DNA of 61,903 nucleotides, filler included, from 8 parts of 8 records of this genome joined end to end with filler, not necessarily neighbours in it, one strand, 5' to 3'. Counted from the whole stretch's first letter, positions 19,564-28,618 are shown. Notes: generated by a model not told the origin, from the letters alone. Made by a program: numbers and translations.

Positions 19564-20848
19564 TATAGATTTCCCCCTCCATATTGCTGTGGATCAATTC
19601 GTATAAACCTCGTCCCTTGGTATCGCAAAATACGAATTTTATATCACCACGCATACCTTCATACAACCATATTTCATGATCTCTTGTATAACCACCGATA
19701 TCCGATCGTTGTATTTCAGTCGGATATCCATATTTTAACAGTACCATCCCTCTATCGCTCTTTGGACCCTGATTTAAATAGGTATATGTCTGATAAGCGT
19801 AATTGATCTTAGCCATAATATCGATATAGTATTCATTTAACTCTGTACTTAGATCAGGATCTCTTTTCTTCCAGAATTCAATTATCAAATGGCGTTTCCC
19901 ATCAAGATATGATTTTCGATAAGTATTAGCTTCATTCTGAGTCATTAAAGGCTTCAAAATAGCAAAGATAGAATCTAAACCTTCTTCATCATAAAGTGCA
20001 TATTCATCAAAAACATAAAGGTCCATTTCAGCTTCCCTGATCATATAAATATGCTTCCAGGCTTCAGCTGTTTCCATCGTGCTTTCATCAGTTATGACTA
20101 CATGATAGTCATATATGCCTGCCGGCACTTCACGAACATCCATATAATCAATGATCACGTCATATTCACCGGGTGCAACATGCTCAACAAGCTTATTTTC
20201 CAATACCGTCTCACCATTTAGGTCAACAAGAGAACTTTTAAAGGTATAATTGGCATCCGGAGTCAGTTTATATACCTCAAAATAAGTATAAAATGTACCC
20301 ATGTAGGGATCAAATTCAGGATTTGCCAGAGGAATGATATCGTAAGTGCCTAATTTGGTGTATTTATTCTTAAATTGAGTATAACCAGCATAGGAGGCGA
20401 TCTCAATATCGCTAACGGTTAAAACAGACATATCATAGGCTTTAACCATTAAAATATTATCACGTTGAGAAATCCTAGCTGAATACATGTCCTTTACAAT
20501 TGTTGTCATTTTATATTCTCCCGGAAGCAAATGCACTGGCAGGATCTCTGGAATATAATCATTTGATCTGACGGTATCCCCCTTGGCTACCACATCATCA
20601 ACCATCATGGTTTTTGCATAGACATTCTCTTCACCTTTGTAGATATTAACGGCAATTAGAAACTGTCCCTGCTGATCACCATTCGGCAGCTCATGACGTT
20701 GCATCTCAAATCGAGGAAGCATGAAGTACAATTCTACAAAAGATTTTTCATTATCATAGTAGCTGGCAAAATCGGTATAAAAACGAAAATCGCCGGCATA
20801 CAAAACGCATAAAAGCGCCAATAAAAATATAAGCGTGAATTTTTTCAT
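19517..20848 (-). CDS. GWxTD-domain secreted protein (variant motif)
   Basis: Signal peptide; FWKKRDPDLST..NE, GPKSDRGMVLLKYGYP, EIWLY, FVFCD. Confidence 0.8.
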   Translation of the reverse strand: MKKFTLIFLLALLCVLYAGDFRFYTDFASYYDNEKSFVELYFMLPRFEMQRHELPNGDQQGQFLIAVNIYKGEENVYAKTMMVDDVVAKGDTVRSNDYIPEILPVHLLPGEYKMTTIVKDMYSARISQRDNILMVKAYDMSVLTVSDIEIASYAGYTQFKNKYTKLGTYDIIPLANPEFDPYMGTFYTYFEVYKLTPDANYTFKSSLVDLNGETVLENKLVEHVAPGEYDVIIDYMDVREVPAGIYDYHVVITDESTMETAEAWKHIYMIREAEMDLYVFDEYALYDEEGLDSIFAILKPLMTQNEANTYRKSYLDGKRHLIIEFWKKRDPDLSTELNEYYIDIMAKINYAYQTYTYLNQGPKSDRGMVLLKYGYPTEIQRSDIGGYTRDHEIWLYEGMRGDIKFVFCDTKGRGLYELIHSNMEGEIYNAYWKDILKAGSKSY

Positions 20849-20859
20849 GGTTCTACTTC

Positions 20860-23800
20860 TTATTTTAAGTTTTCGAGTTCGTTGTCTTTGAATTTCACAG
20901 AGACAACACTAGAGACCCCTTCTTCCTGCATTGTGATCCCATAAAGATAATCGCAGGCATTCATTGTCAGCTTATTGTGAGTTACGATAATGAACTGAGT
21001 CTTTTCGGTAAAGTGTTCAAGCGCGTGTGTAAAACGTTTTACATTGGTATCGTCAAGAGGTGCGTCGACCTCATCGAGAATACAATAGGGTGATGGCTTG
21101 ACCAGATAAATTGCAAATAGTAGTGCAATTGCTGTTAGGGCCTTCTCTCCTCCGGACAGTGCTCGCAGTGATTTCATCTGACGGCCTTTTGGCCTTGAGA
21201 ATATCTCTACGTCTGCTTCAAGCGGATCACTTGATCCTTCCAGACGCAGATCACATTCGCCCTGTTCGAAGAAAAGCTTATATGTTTTTTTATAATTTTC
21301 TCTGATCTGAATAAAAATATCGGAGAATTGTTTTCTTGCTTCGTTATCCAATTTGTCGATGGTTTCGGTAATACTTGCTTCCGCACCTACAAGATCTTCA
21401 CGTTGCTCTTTCAGGAAGTTGAGTCGTGTGGACTGTTCATTGTATTCCTCACGAACTGCCATGTTGATGGGACCGATCAACTCAATACGGTGAGCAAGTT
21501 TTTCGATCTTTTCTTCCATCTCATCAGCTTCCATATCCATAGGCTCATAAGGGCGTTTAAGGATATCAATATGATAACGGTCGAACATGCGCTCTTTCAG
21601 CTGGTCCTGACGTAAGCGAAGGTCATTTACCTTGACCTCTAGATCTTTCAGGGTCTCAAAGGCATCTTCTCGGCGACGATGATTATCGGCAATGGTTTGC
21701 TCGACTTTCTGGATCTGGTCGCGTTTTGCACTCAATTCTTTGTAGATTGAGTCCCGTTTATCTCGTTCCTTGTCCCTTTCGTTCTTCAGGACTTCCAACA
21801 CTTCCTGCAAAGAAACCATGGTCTTGTCGCCATCATCGATCAGGACTTCAAGATCCTTGTTCTGCTCTTCGATCTCTTCAAGGCGCTTGCTCATTTCTTC
21901 TATGGTAGCGCTTGCATTCTTATATTGGAAACGGACATTGTCTTTTTCTTTTTCCCGGGCGATCAATGATACCCGCATATCCTGTAGCTCTACGTTCAGA
22001 GTATCGCGTTTTGTCAGGATCGTGGAGTATTCTGCTCTGAATCTCTCCAGGTCAGCCTGGGCTTTTGCTTCTTCCGACTTACTTGTCTGAAGCACATCTT
22101 CCGAACTTGAAACCTGACGATCGATCTCCAGTATGCGTTTTGAATAATCTTCGACCTTTCCGTCTATCTCATCCAGGCTTTCATGACGATGTTCCACGGC
22201 ATAGGATAATGCGGACATTTTTTTCTCAACATCCAAACGCTGCTGAAGAATATTCTTTGAATCGCGCGATAATTCGCCGATCTCTTTGATCAAAGCAATG
22301 CGTTCTTTTTCATATGCTTCGCGTTCTGATCTACCCGATTCAAGATCATTCTTCAATTTTTCCGCAACCTTGTTCAGTTCATCCAGCTTTTCCTGGCGAC
22401 CGATGATCTGCTGACTTGTATTCGAGCCTTTTCCACCCCGGATCATGGCACGCTGGTCCATGTAATCACCATCGGGTGTTACATATCGGAAGCGTCCATC
22501 TTTTAAGGCTTCTTGTGATAAATCCCTGATAGATTTGACGACCAGAACGTTACCGAGAAAATAATCAACCAGTAATTGGTTGTCTTTATCGGCTTTTACA
22601 ATATCAACTGCATGAGCCAGAACATTCCCGTCATTAAAAGGATTTCTCAACGGTGGTTTAACGCGCTTTTTCATCACGTCCAGAGGAGCAATGCTGACCC
22701 GGCCGCGTTTATTGCGTTTAAGCTCGTCGATCACATCCATCGCATCGGATTTTTTATCGGCAACCAAGTATTTTGCCACATTGCCAAGCGCAATTTCAAT
22801 CGCGGTCGTGTAATCATCATCTACAGAGATCAATTCGGCAACCGTACCGCGGATACCCGGATGTTTTAATGTTTTCATCACATATTTAACACCGGGATTA
22901 TAGCCTTCCAGTGATTCTACAAGTTCTTTGTAAAATTCTGAGTCAGAGCGGTTACGCTCATATGCCGTCTGCCGGCGAACGATATCGTTGTTCAGTTCTT
23001 GTATATTGTTTTCCAGTGTTCTGCGTTTATTTTCGGCATCTTCTACACTGGAATTGATCTTATTGAGTTCTTTTTCTTTATCTTCAAGTTCTTTTTTAAG
23101 CGAATTGACCTGTTCTTCCTGCGATCCGGAACGAAGGATCAATTGCTCGCGGCGCTGCATTTCATCATCCTGCAGCTTTGTATAATGCTTGCGCTGATCA
23201 CGCAAACGCAGGATCTGCTGCTGAACATCCGCCAAACTGTTCTGGCGCTCGCGTACATCCTGACGTAGATCATCAAGCTTTTGGGTCGCATTCTGGAATA
23301 TCTGTTGAACTTCCTCGAAATTGCTTTTGGCTTCTTCCAGCTCTTCTCTCATCTTGATCAGTTCAGGATCATCTTCACCCAACTGAGACGAGAGGTTATC
23401 CTGTAGTTCTTTATTGGTATGCAGGCGGACCTTTGCATTTTCTTTCTCAGTCTGCAAACGATCCTTGTTCCGCTGGGCATTAGCGATCTTTTCCTGCCAA
23501 ACCAATCGTTTGGAGGACTCGGCATTGATCTTTTCATTCATTTCCTGCAGAACTTCGTTCACGTTCTGCATTTCTTTTTCGATATTCGCCAATTCGGATT
23601 TATATGAGGACAGCATGGCTTCTTCTATGCCCAGCTGTTTTCCAGTCTCTTCGTTTTGAACCTGATTATTCGAAAGCTGTTTTTCAAGTGGATTGATCTT
23701 GTCTTCGAAATCATACCAATTCGCCTGCGCAAAAGTGATCTCCAGCTTTTTCAATTCTTCGGCATAACCCTCGTAACGCTCATAGCGTCCAAGCTGACGT

Positions 23801-24417
23801 TTCAGGCTTCTTACATTGCTTTCTATCTCGTAAATAATATCTTCCAAACGAGCAAGATCTTCCTGAGTGGCGTCAAGCTTGCGTTTAGCCGAACGGCGCT
23901 GGGATTTGTATTTATTGATCCCGGCAGCTTCTTCAAAAAGAAGTTTTCTTTGATTTTTATCTTCGTTGAGGATCTCTTCGACCATCTTGAGTTCGATAAC
24001 GGAATAGGCATTATTGCTCATTCCGGTATCAACGAAAAGATTTTGAATGTCTTTGAGACGGACAGGAACTTCGTTCAATAGATATTCACTGCTACCGTCA
24101 CGATACAAGCGGCGACCGACTTGAACATCGGTATAGGCTACACCGAGCTTACCGGTCCGGTTATGGATCGTAAGCGAAACCTCTGCATAATTCAACGGTT
24201 TTTTGTTCTTAGAACCGGAAAAAATAACGTCAACCATGGACTCGGAACGAAGCAAATGCGTCTTCTGTTCACCCATAACCCAGCGAATGGCATCCACAAC
24301 ATTACTCTTGCCGCAACCATTGGGTCCGATGACCGCTGTAACTCCCTGACCAAACTGTAAAACGGTTTTAGTCGCGAAAGATTTAAATCCCACGATTTCC
24401 AGCTTTGATATATACAT
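20860..24417 (-). CDS. smc: Chromosome segregation protein SMC
   Basis: [14 protein letters not shown], long coiled coils, hinge, [20 protein letters not shown]. Confidence 0.97.
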   Translation of the reverse strand: MYISKLEIVGFKSFATKTVLQFGQGVTAVIGPNGCGKSNVVDAIRWVMGEQKTHLLRSESMVDVIFSGSKNKKPLNYAEVSLTIHNRTGKLGVAYTDVQVGRRLYRDGSSEYLLNEVPVRLKDIQNLFVDTGMSNNAYSVIELKMVEEILNEDKNQRKLLFEEAAGINKYKSQRRSAKRKLDATQEDLARLEDIIYEIESNVRSLKRQLGRYERYEGYAEELKKLEITFAQANWYDFEDKINPLEKQLSNNQVQNEETGKQLGIEEAMLSSYKSELANIEKEMQNVNEVLQEMNEKINAESSKRLVWQEKIANAQRNKDRLQTEKENAKVRLHTNKELQDNLSSQLGEDDPELIKMREELEEAKSNFEEVQQIFQNATQKLDDLRQDVRERQNSLADVQQQILRLRDQRKHYTKLQDDEMQRREQLILRSGSQEEQVNSLKKELEDKEKELNKINSSVEDAENKRRTLENNIQELNNDIVRRQTAYERNRSDSEFYKELVESLEGYNPGVKYVMKTLKHPGIRGTVAELISVDDDYTTAIEIALGNVAKYLVADKKSDAMDVIDELKRNKRGRVSIAPLDVMKKRVKPPLRNPFNDGNVLAHAVDIVKADKDNQLLVDYFLGNVLVVKSIRDLSQEALKDGRFRYVTPDGDYMDQRAMIRGGKGSNTSQQIIGRQEKLDELNKVAEKLKNDLESGRSEREAYEKERIALIKEIGELSRDSKNILQQRLDVEKKMSALSYAVEHRHESLDEIDGKVEDYSKRILEIDRQVSSSEDVLQTSKSEEAKAQADLERFRAEYSTILTKRDTLNVELQDMRVSLIAREKEKDNVRFQYKNASATIEEMSKRLEEIEEQNKDLEVLIDDGDKTMVSLQEVLEVLKNERDKERDKRDSIYKELSAKRDQIQKVEQTIADNHRRREDAFETLKDLEVKVNDLRLRQDQLKERMFDRYHIDILKRPYEPMDMEADEMEEKIEKLAHRIELIGPINMAVREEYNEQSTRLNFLKEQREDLVGAEASITETIDKLDNEARKQFSDIFIQIRENYKKTYKLFFEQGECDLRLEGSSDPLEADVEIFSRPKGRQMKSLRALSGGEKALTAIALLFAIYLVKPSPYCILDEVDAPLDDTNVKRFTHALEHFTEKTQFIIVTHNKLTMNACDYLYGITMQEEGVSSVVSVKFKDNELENLK

Positions 24418-24503
24418 ATTCGCTTTAGAATTTATCCATGCAATTTAATAAAAAAAGGAGGGTTTTCAAATAGATATTAGCGCTTAAATAAAGGGTTTTA
24501 GAA

Positions 24504-24582
24504 AGCGCTGGGCACTGGGCGCTGAGTACGGGGAAAGATATCGACTTCTCAGTGCTCAGAGCTCACACTCTCAGTGCTTCTT
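24504..24582. repeat. Hairpin built from heptamer-like repeats (GCACTGG/GCGCTGA vs CTCAGTG) downstream of the HIT gene
   Basis: AAGCGCTGGGCACTGGGCGCTGAG...CTCAGTGCTCAGAGCTCACACTCTCAGTGCTT imperfect inverted repeat. Confidence 0.4.
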
Positions 24583-24583
24583 T

Positions 24584-24925
24584 TTATCCCGCCGGCCAGC
24601 TGAATTTCCGTCCGCCCATCAGGTGCAAATGAATGTGTTCCACTTCCTGTCCGCCATCGGATCCATTATTGAATACAAGACGATATCCATTTTTCAAACC
24701 AAGATCATCGGCGATCTTTTTAGCAGCAACAAGAATTCTTCCCATTAAATCGGTATCTTCATCTTTCAAGTTTTCGATACGCGCAATATGTTTCTTGGGA
24801 ATGATCAGAATATGTTCAGGTGCCTGAGGGTTCAAATCCCGGAAAGCCAAAATATGATCGTCTTCGTAGACGGTGGTTGAGGGGATTTCTTTTGCGGCTA
24901 TTTTACAGAAAATGCAATTAGACAT
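24584..24925 (-). CDS. Histidine triad nucleotide-binding protein (HinT family)
   Basis: CIFCKI, NPQAPEHILIIPKKH, GQEVEHIHLHLMGG. Confidence 0.92.
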   Translation of the reverse strand: MSNCIFCKIAAKEIPSTTVYEDDHILAFRDLNPQAPEHILIIPKKHIARIENLKDEDTDLMGRILVAAKKIADDLGLKNGYRLVFNNGSDGGQEVEHIHLHLMGGRKFSWPAG

Positions 24926-25054
24926 AAAACCTCCGGTTTTATCGTGACAAGTAGCGCGTAACGCGTGATGTGCCGTAAATAGTTAATTCGTTAATGGTCA
25001 TAATTATTTCTCTAATTCTTGTGAGTGCGGTTTGTGATAAAAGCGTCTACTAGG

Positions 25055-25510
25055 TTACTTTAATTTCGATTTATCATAATTATATGGAATACTGCTACCC
25101 ACCAGAACATCCTCGATCTTTTCGAGTATCAGCCAGTCGTCCATATTGCCCTGATGTTCAAAATCCAAGGGCATGATCTCTGTTACATCTTCGAATTCAG
25201 TCAGGATCAGGCATTTCTTATGCCAACGTTTTCTTTGCTTATCAGAAAGATCAAGTTTATTCGCATTTTCAGCGAATACATTATTTATCTCATCATCACT
25301 TATCTTAGTATAATTTTGAACTGACTTGACCCTTGCGCTTGCCGTGATCTTTGCACTTCCTTTTTGCATAAAATACAAAATCTCGCCTTCGAAAACCCGG
25401 CTGTGCGGGATCTTTCGGCCTGCCGCTCCCCTGACGAGCATGGTTTTACTGCCAGCTAATATCTTTTCAATTACTTTTTCCTTATCGTCACAATAAACAA
25501 GATGTACCAT
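25055..25510 (-). CDS. Hypothetical protein, ASCH/PUA-like
   Basis: EKILAGSKTMLVR..GEILYF resembles the ASCH I..G.K...R / GD.I.F pattern. Confidence 0.5.
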   Translation of the reverse strand: MVHLVYCDDKEKVIEKILAGSKTMLVRGAAGRKIPHSRVFEGEILYFMQKGSAKITASARVKSVQNYTKISDDEINNVFAENANKLDLSDKQRKRWHKKCLILTEFEDVTEIMPLDFEHQGNMDDWLILEKIEDVLVGSSIPYNYDKSKLK

Positions 25511-25525
25511 GTTTTTCCTACTTTA

Positions 25526-25710
25526 ACCCCGAGCACGTCGAGGGGTTTGTCAATGATGACCCGGGATAAAATCCCGGGGTAAAAAACTCTAATACTTCCA
25601 ACCCTGACTCTATGGAAGGGTTGACCTGATAGGCTTTTCAAGTTCAACCCATCGACTTCGCTCAGGGTTGATTTCCTAGTTCTGACTAACCCGGGATATC
25701 ATCCCGGGAC
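25526..25710. repeat. Cluster of REP-like palindromes
   Basis: Two near-identical CCCGGGAT-N-ATCCCGGG palindromes (about 25560-25580 and 25690-25709), plus CAACCCT..AGGGTTG and CCCC..GGGG hairpins. Confidence 0.5.
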
Positions 25711-25719
25711 ACTTCCGAA

Positions 25720-25791
25720 TCACCCCTCCATCTGTCGGGGTACCCAAGAATATACTTCTTCAGCAATATAGTGCGAACCTATTATGCAGAG
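25720..25791 (-). CDS. C-terminal end of a truncated gene, possibly FolC
   Basis: LCIIGSHYIAEEVYSWVPRQMEG*; GSHY resembles the FolC GSLY motif, but only 23 aa are visible. Confidence 0.3.
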   Translation of the reverse strand, partial: LCIIGSHYIAEEVYSWVPRQMEG

Positions 25792-25891
25792 NNNNNNNNN
25801 NNNNNNNNNNNNNNNNNNNNNNNNNNNNNNNNNNNTTAATTAATTAANNNNNNNNNNNNNNNNNNNNNNNNNNNNNNNNNNNNNNNNNNNN

Positions 25892-26001
25892 TAGTCGTTG
25901 TTTTCAATGTGTCTGATTAAATCACACTGTCTGGGGAAACGTCCGTGAACTTCTTCATAGTGTTTGATAGCTTCCAAAACTTTTTGTTGTTTGCCTGTCA
26001 T
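25892..26001 (-). CDS. LexA-like DNA-binding protein, N-terminal fragment
   Basis: Hand translation MTGKQQKVLEAIKHYEEVHGRFPRQCDLIRHIENND matches the LexA N-terminus pattern (T.RQ..VL..I......G.PP); not in the ORF track. Confidence 0.6.
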
Positions 26002-26027
26002 TACGTTATGTTACTGATAATACTAGA

Positions 26028-26055
26028 ATTATAGCACCTATTTAAAAGTTGTCAA
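26028..26055 (-). promoter_or_regulatory. Consensus sigma70 promoter with extended -10
   Basis: TTGACA-N16-TATAAT with TG-n before the -10; 27 nt upstream of the LexA-like ATG. Confidence 0.8.
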
Positions 26056-26651
26056 GTTTTGGAGTGTATTTTTTTATGACAAGACTGACACAGCCAGATT
26101 ACTTCTAGTGGTTTAGAATAATTAGCATGATGTGCAACTAAATATCTTTTTTCCATACAAATAGAACAAAGATTTGGCTTTTTCAATTCTCCATGCTTTA
26201 AAGCTTGTTTTACTAATTTGTGTGCTTCTACCTTTTCTTTATTGTTATTTTTCCATATAGAAATACCAATACGATAATCTTCAGCTCTTTTTCTACCATT
26301 TTTTTTATACCAGCCCCTATAATATTTCGAAATTTCCTGACTTCTCTGTTTTCTTTTTTGTGCAATTATTTCTTTATTATCCTTATAGTATTTTAAAGAT
26401 TGTTCCTTAATTTTTGCACTATTTTTTCTCCGATATTCAATATCATACTTTTTTAGCTTCTTTTTATTTTTTACCCTATATTGTTTTTGGCATTTTTGAT
26501 AATAATCTCTATTATCCTTTTTCCACCTTTTCATATTTTGCTTATGATGTTTATAAACACATCCATTTTTTATTTTAATATTTCCACATCTAACTTTTTT
26601 CTCGGATTCAGTTGAAAATAAACAACCACAATCAAGACACACTTTTTGCAT
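26052..26651 (-). CDS. Phage HNH-type endonuclease with N-terminal zinc ribbon and basic helical repeats
   Basis: CLDC N-terminus, K/R/Y-rich repeats, C-terminal CSIC..AHHANYSKPLEVIWLCQSCHKKIH. Confidence 0.8.
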   Translation of the reverse strand: MQKVCLDCGCLFSTESEKKVRCGNIKIKNGCVYKHHKQNMKRWKKDNRDYYQKCQKQYRVKNKKKLKKYDIEYRRKNSAKIKEQSLKYYKDNKEIIAQKRKQRSQEISKYYRGWYKKNGRKRAEDYRIGISIWKNNNKEKVEAHKLVKQALKHGELKKPNLCSICMEKRYLVAHHANYSKPLEVIWLCQSCHKKIHSKT

Positions 26652-26677
26652 ATTTCTTGACTAATTATTATGGTATA

Positions 26678-26705
26678 AGTTTATCATAACCAAATTCATC
26701 GTCAA
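26678..26705 (-). promoter_or_regulatory. Sigma70-like promoter for the HNH gene
   Basis: TTGACG-N16-TAAACT with TG-n extension, just downstream of a terminator. Confidence 0.55.
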
Positions 26706-26712
26706 GTTTTCC

Positions 26713-26743
26713 AAAAGAAAACCGCCTATAAAGACGGTTCTCT
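26713..26743 (-). terminator. Intrinsic terminator closing the lysis module
   Basis: Minus strand AGAACCGTCT-TTAT-AGGCGGTTTT-CTTTT. Confidence 0.75.
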
Positions 26744-26769
26744 CCTCTATTAAGCTAAGAACAATTGCA

Positions 26770-26964
26770 TTATCTGCTGTTTTTTTCTTGCTTATATAGA
26801 TTTCTCATGCCGTAAGTTCTCTTTTCTAAAATTGGCTTTTTCTTTTTCCAGTATGGAGCGGTCTCATTGTAGTCATCTACAGCGATACTCTGAACGGGAA
26901 TAGCAACGATTATAAAAAGGAGTACGGCAATTAGGAATGTTAAAATAGGTTTCCAAAGTTTTAT
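26770..26964 (-). CDS. Unannotated 64-aa membrane-anchored/secreted protein with apparent ATA start
   Basis: (I/M)KLWKPILTFLIAVLLFIIVAIPVQSIAVDDYNETAPYWKKKKPILEKRTYGMRNLYKQEKNSR*; fills the gap between holin and terminator exactly. Confidence 0.5.
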   Translation of the reverse strand: MKLWKPILTFLIAVLLFIIVAIPVQSIAVDDYNETAPYWKKKKPILEKRTYGMRNLYKQEKNSR

Positions 26965-27170
26965 ATGTCTTTGTTACGTTTTAAATTATTGAGATATTTT
27001 GTTATCTGAGTTCCTATAGCTGTCAAGACTAAAACTGTTAAAGTCTGTGCCATTGGAGATAATTCAAAAGCCTCAATATTCTGACTAGCAAGGGTTATCA
27101 GTGTGGAGACTACGCCAATTGAAAAAACCCACCAACCAGAAAGCAAACGTTTTCTTAATTCATAGTTCAT
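26961..27170 (-). CDS. Putative holin (2 TM helices, basic C-tail)
   Basis: 69 aa; two hydrophobic segments, tail KYLNNLKRNKDI; overlaps the endolysin stop. Confidence 0.7.
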   Translation of the reverse strand: MNYELRKRLLSGWWVFSIGVVSTLITLASQNIEAFELSPMAQTLTVLVLTAIGTQITKYLNNLKRNKDI

Positions 27171-28027
27171 TTAGTTTTTTTAATAATGATTAATAATTTT
27201 CCAAATGCTTTTTTGAATAGTGTTTCGCTTCCGAGTTCTTTTTCAAATTTTTCAATCGTATCTTCCATGATTATTCCAGCTTTGATTAAGTCGTCTCGGT
27301 CGGTGGATAGCTCTCTCATTTTCCCTACAAGGTCGGCGTTTTGTTTTGTTAGCGTTCCTGCTAATTCAACTGATATTTTGTGTTCTTTGACAAGGTCATG
27401 ATAAGTTTCTGAGGTTTTTTCCAAGCCTTCAACTCGTCTTTCAATATTGTGCCGATAATCTTCAAGTTTCTCGGCTGCTTCTTCTTGGTCCTTCTCTTCG
27501 TCTTTGTCGAATTTCCAATCAATAGTTTTGCGGATTTGTTCATAAAGTTTTGAGTCCATAGTTTGTTGTTTAATTGTTAATTCTCGTATGATTATAATTT
27601 TGCCCCAACCCGAATTAGAGCCACTGCCGTTATAAATATATTCGACAACTCCGTCACAAGCGGAATGAATGGGGTCGTCAAGATCTGCGTTGCCGCTACC
27701 TGCTCCATTCAAATCAAGCCCAGAATGGAAGGCGTGTTTTCCTCCATAATCAGCATCCCACAACCAGCCATAGCCCAGGTGGTCGTATGTTGGCATTACA
27801 AGCCTTGCAAGTCCTCTAGGGTCTGCGTAGCGAGCTTCTACCCATGCCTTTGATTGCCCAATGACGTAATTAGTCCATTTAGCGGGTTTATAGGTCAAGA
27901 TGTCAAAATGAGTATGAGCGTACCATTGACCGTTGCCCGTTCCGTTTTGAGCGATAAGTTGACCTTTCCAAATTTTATCACCTACCTTGACTTTGATTTT
28001 GTCAACGTGACCGTATCTGTAATACAT
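27167..28027 (-). CDS. M23-family peptidoglycan endopeptidase (putative endolysin), circularly permuted, with C-terminal coiled coil
   Basis: YRYGH..VKVGDKIWKGQLIA..G..AHTHFD comes first; HSGLD..DPIHSACDGVV..GWGKIIII comes second. Confidence 0.8.
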   Translation of the reverse strand: MYYRYGHVDKIKVKVGDKIWKGQLIAQNGTGNGQWYAHTHFDILTYKPAKWTNYVIGQSKAWVEARYADPRGLARLVMPTYDHLGYGWLWDADYGGKHAFHSGLDLNGAGSGNADLDDPIHSACDGVVEYIYNGSGSNSGWGKIIIIRELTIKQQTMDSKLYEQIRKTIDWKFDKDEEKDQEEAAEKLEDYRHNIERRVEGLEKTSETYHDLVKEHKISVELAGTLTKQNADLVGKMRELSTDRDDLIKAGIIMEDTIEKFEKELGSETLFKKAFGKLLIIIKKTK

Positions 28028-28053
28028 ATATTAAATTAGTTGTTAGTTTGATA

Positions 28054-28078
28054 GCTGGCTACTCGTTGAGCAACCAGC
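28054..28078 (-). terminator. 11-bp stem-loop at the 3' end of the micro-ORF cassette
   Basis: GCTGGTTGCTC-AAC-GAGTAGCCAGC, with G-U pairs on the minus-strand RNA; no U-tract. Confidence 0.55.
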
Positions 28079-28083
28079 GGGTG

Positions 28084-28158
28084 TTAGAGGCTTAGGATGA
28101 AAGCACAAAGGATGAGGGCGGCGGATGTGACGCTGACGAACTGATAGAATTCTGACAT
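28084..28158 (-). CDS. 24-aa hydrophobic micro-protein
   Basis: MSEFYQFVSVTSAALILCAFILSL*, preceded by AAGGAGGT. Confidence 0.55.
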   Translation of the reverse strand: MSEFYQFVSVTSAALILCAFILSL

Positions 28159-28292
28159 GGCGCTACCTCCTTCCATTCAGAGCAAAACCTACCACAAAGG
28201 GGGTCTGACTCATCGATGGACATTATGAACTCCATACAATGCTTATTGCTTCCGATTAGGAAAGCTTTCCGACAATTGTGGCAACCGTTCAT
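28092..28292 (-). CDS. Cys-rich mini-protein, paralog 2
   Basis: MNGCHNCRKAFLIGSNKHCMEFIMSIDESDPLCGRFCSEWKEV...; AAGGAGG SD before ATG 28292. Confidence 0.65.
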   Translation of the reverse strand: MNGCHNCRKAFLIGSNKHCMEFIMSIDESDPLCGRFCSEWKEVAPCQNSISSSASHPPPSSFVLSS

Positions 28293-28431
28293 AAGTTTCC
28301 TCCTTCCAAAATTCACAATCAAATTTATAATGAGGGGAGTCAAAAATACTGAATTCGAAAATTTCACAATATTTATTGAATCCCGATAAATACTTGTGTC
28401 CGCAGTTTGAGCAATTGTCGTAATCTCTCAT
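28243..28431 (-). CDS. Cys-rich mini-protein, paralog 1
   Basis: MRDYDNCSNCGHKYLSGFNKYCEIFEFSIFDSPHYKFDCEFWKEE...; GGAG SD and ATGA overlap with the upstream ORF. Confidence 0.65.
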   Translation of the reverse strand: MRDYDNCSNCGHKYLSGFNKYCEIFEFSIFDSPHYKFDCEFWKEETYERLPQLSESFPNRKQ

Positions 28432-28514
28432 AGCGGCTCCATGGCGTGACTGGTTATGATAAAATACAGAATCATGACTCCAATTATGAGTGCTATAATG
28501 ATGTTGTCTCTCAT
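28428..28514 (-). CDS. 28-aa single-TM micro-protein
   Basis: MRDNIIIALIIGVMILYFIITSHAMEPL*, preceded by TAAGGAGG. Confidence 0.6.
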   Translation of the reverse strand: MRDNIIIALIIGVMILYFIITSHAMEPL

Positions 28515-28542
28515 GGCTTCCTCCTTATAAAGAACTGTTTAC

Positions 28543-28572
28543 AAAAAAAAGAGACCTATGAAAGCGTCTCTT
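28543..28572 (-). terminator. Intrinsic terminator/attenuator in the cassette leader
   Basis: AAGAGAC-GCTTTCATAG-GTCTC followed by T8. Confidence 0.7.
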
Positions 28573-28612
28573 CCGTTAATAAAAGGTTAAATTGTAGTTT
28601 TCCTCCATTCAT
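28556..28612 (-). CDS. Possible leaderless 18-aa leader peptide (or about 70-nt small RNA)
   Basis: MNGGKLQFNLLLTEETLS*; ATG is 7 nt after the -10 box and the TAG lies inside the terminator hairpin. Confidence 0.35.
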   Translation of the reverse strand: MNGGKLQFNLLLTEETLS

Positions 28613-28618
28613 GTATTT

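Noticed and set aside
20860-24417. SMC as part of a Wadjet-like defence system
   Set aside because: Canonical full-length housekeeping SMC with hinge, and no jetABD-like neighbours.
28293-28367. N-terminal extension of the 91-aa ORF 28092-28367
   Set aside because: Lies inside paralog 1 in another frame; the SD and paralog alignment put the start at 28292.
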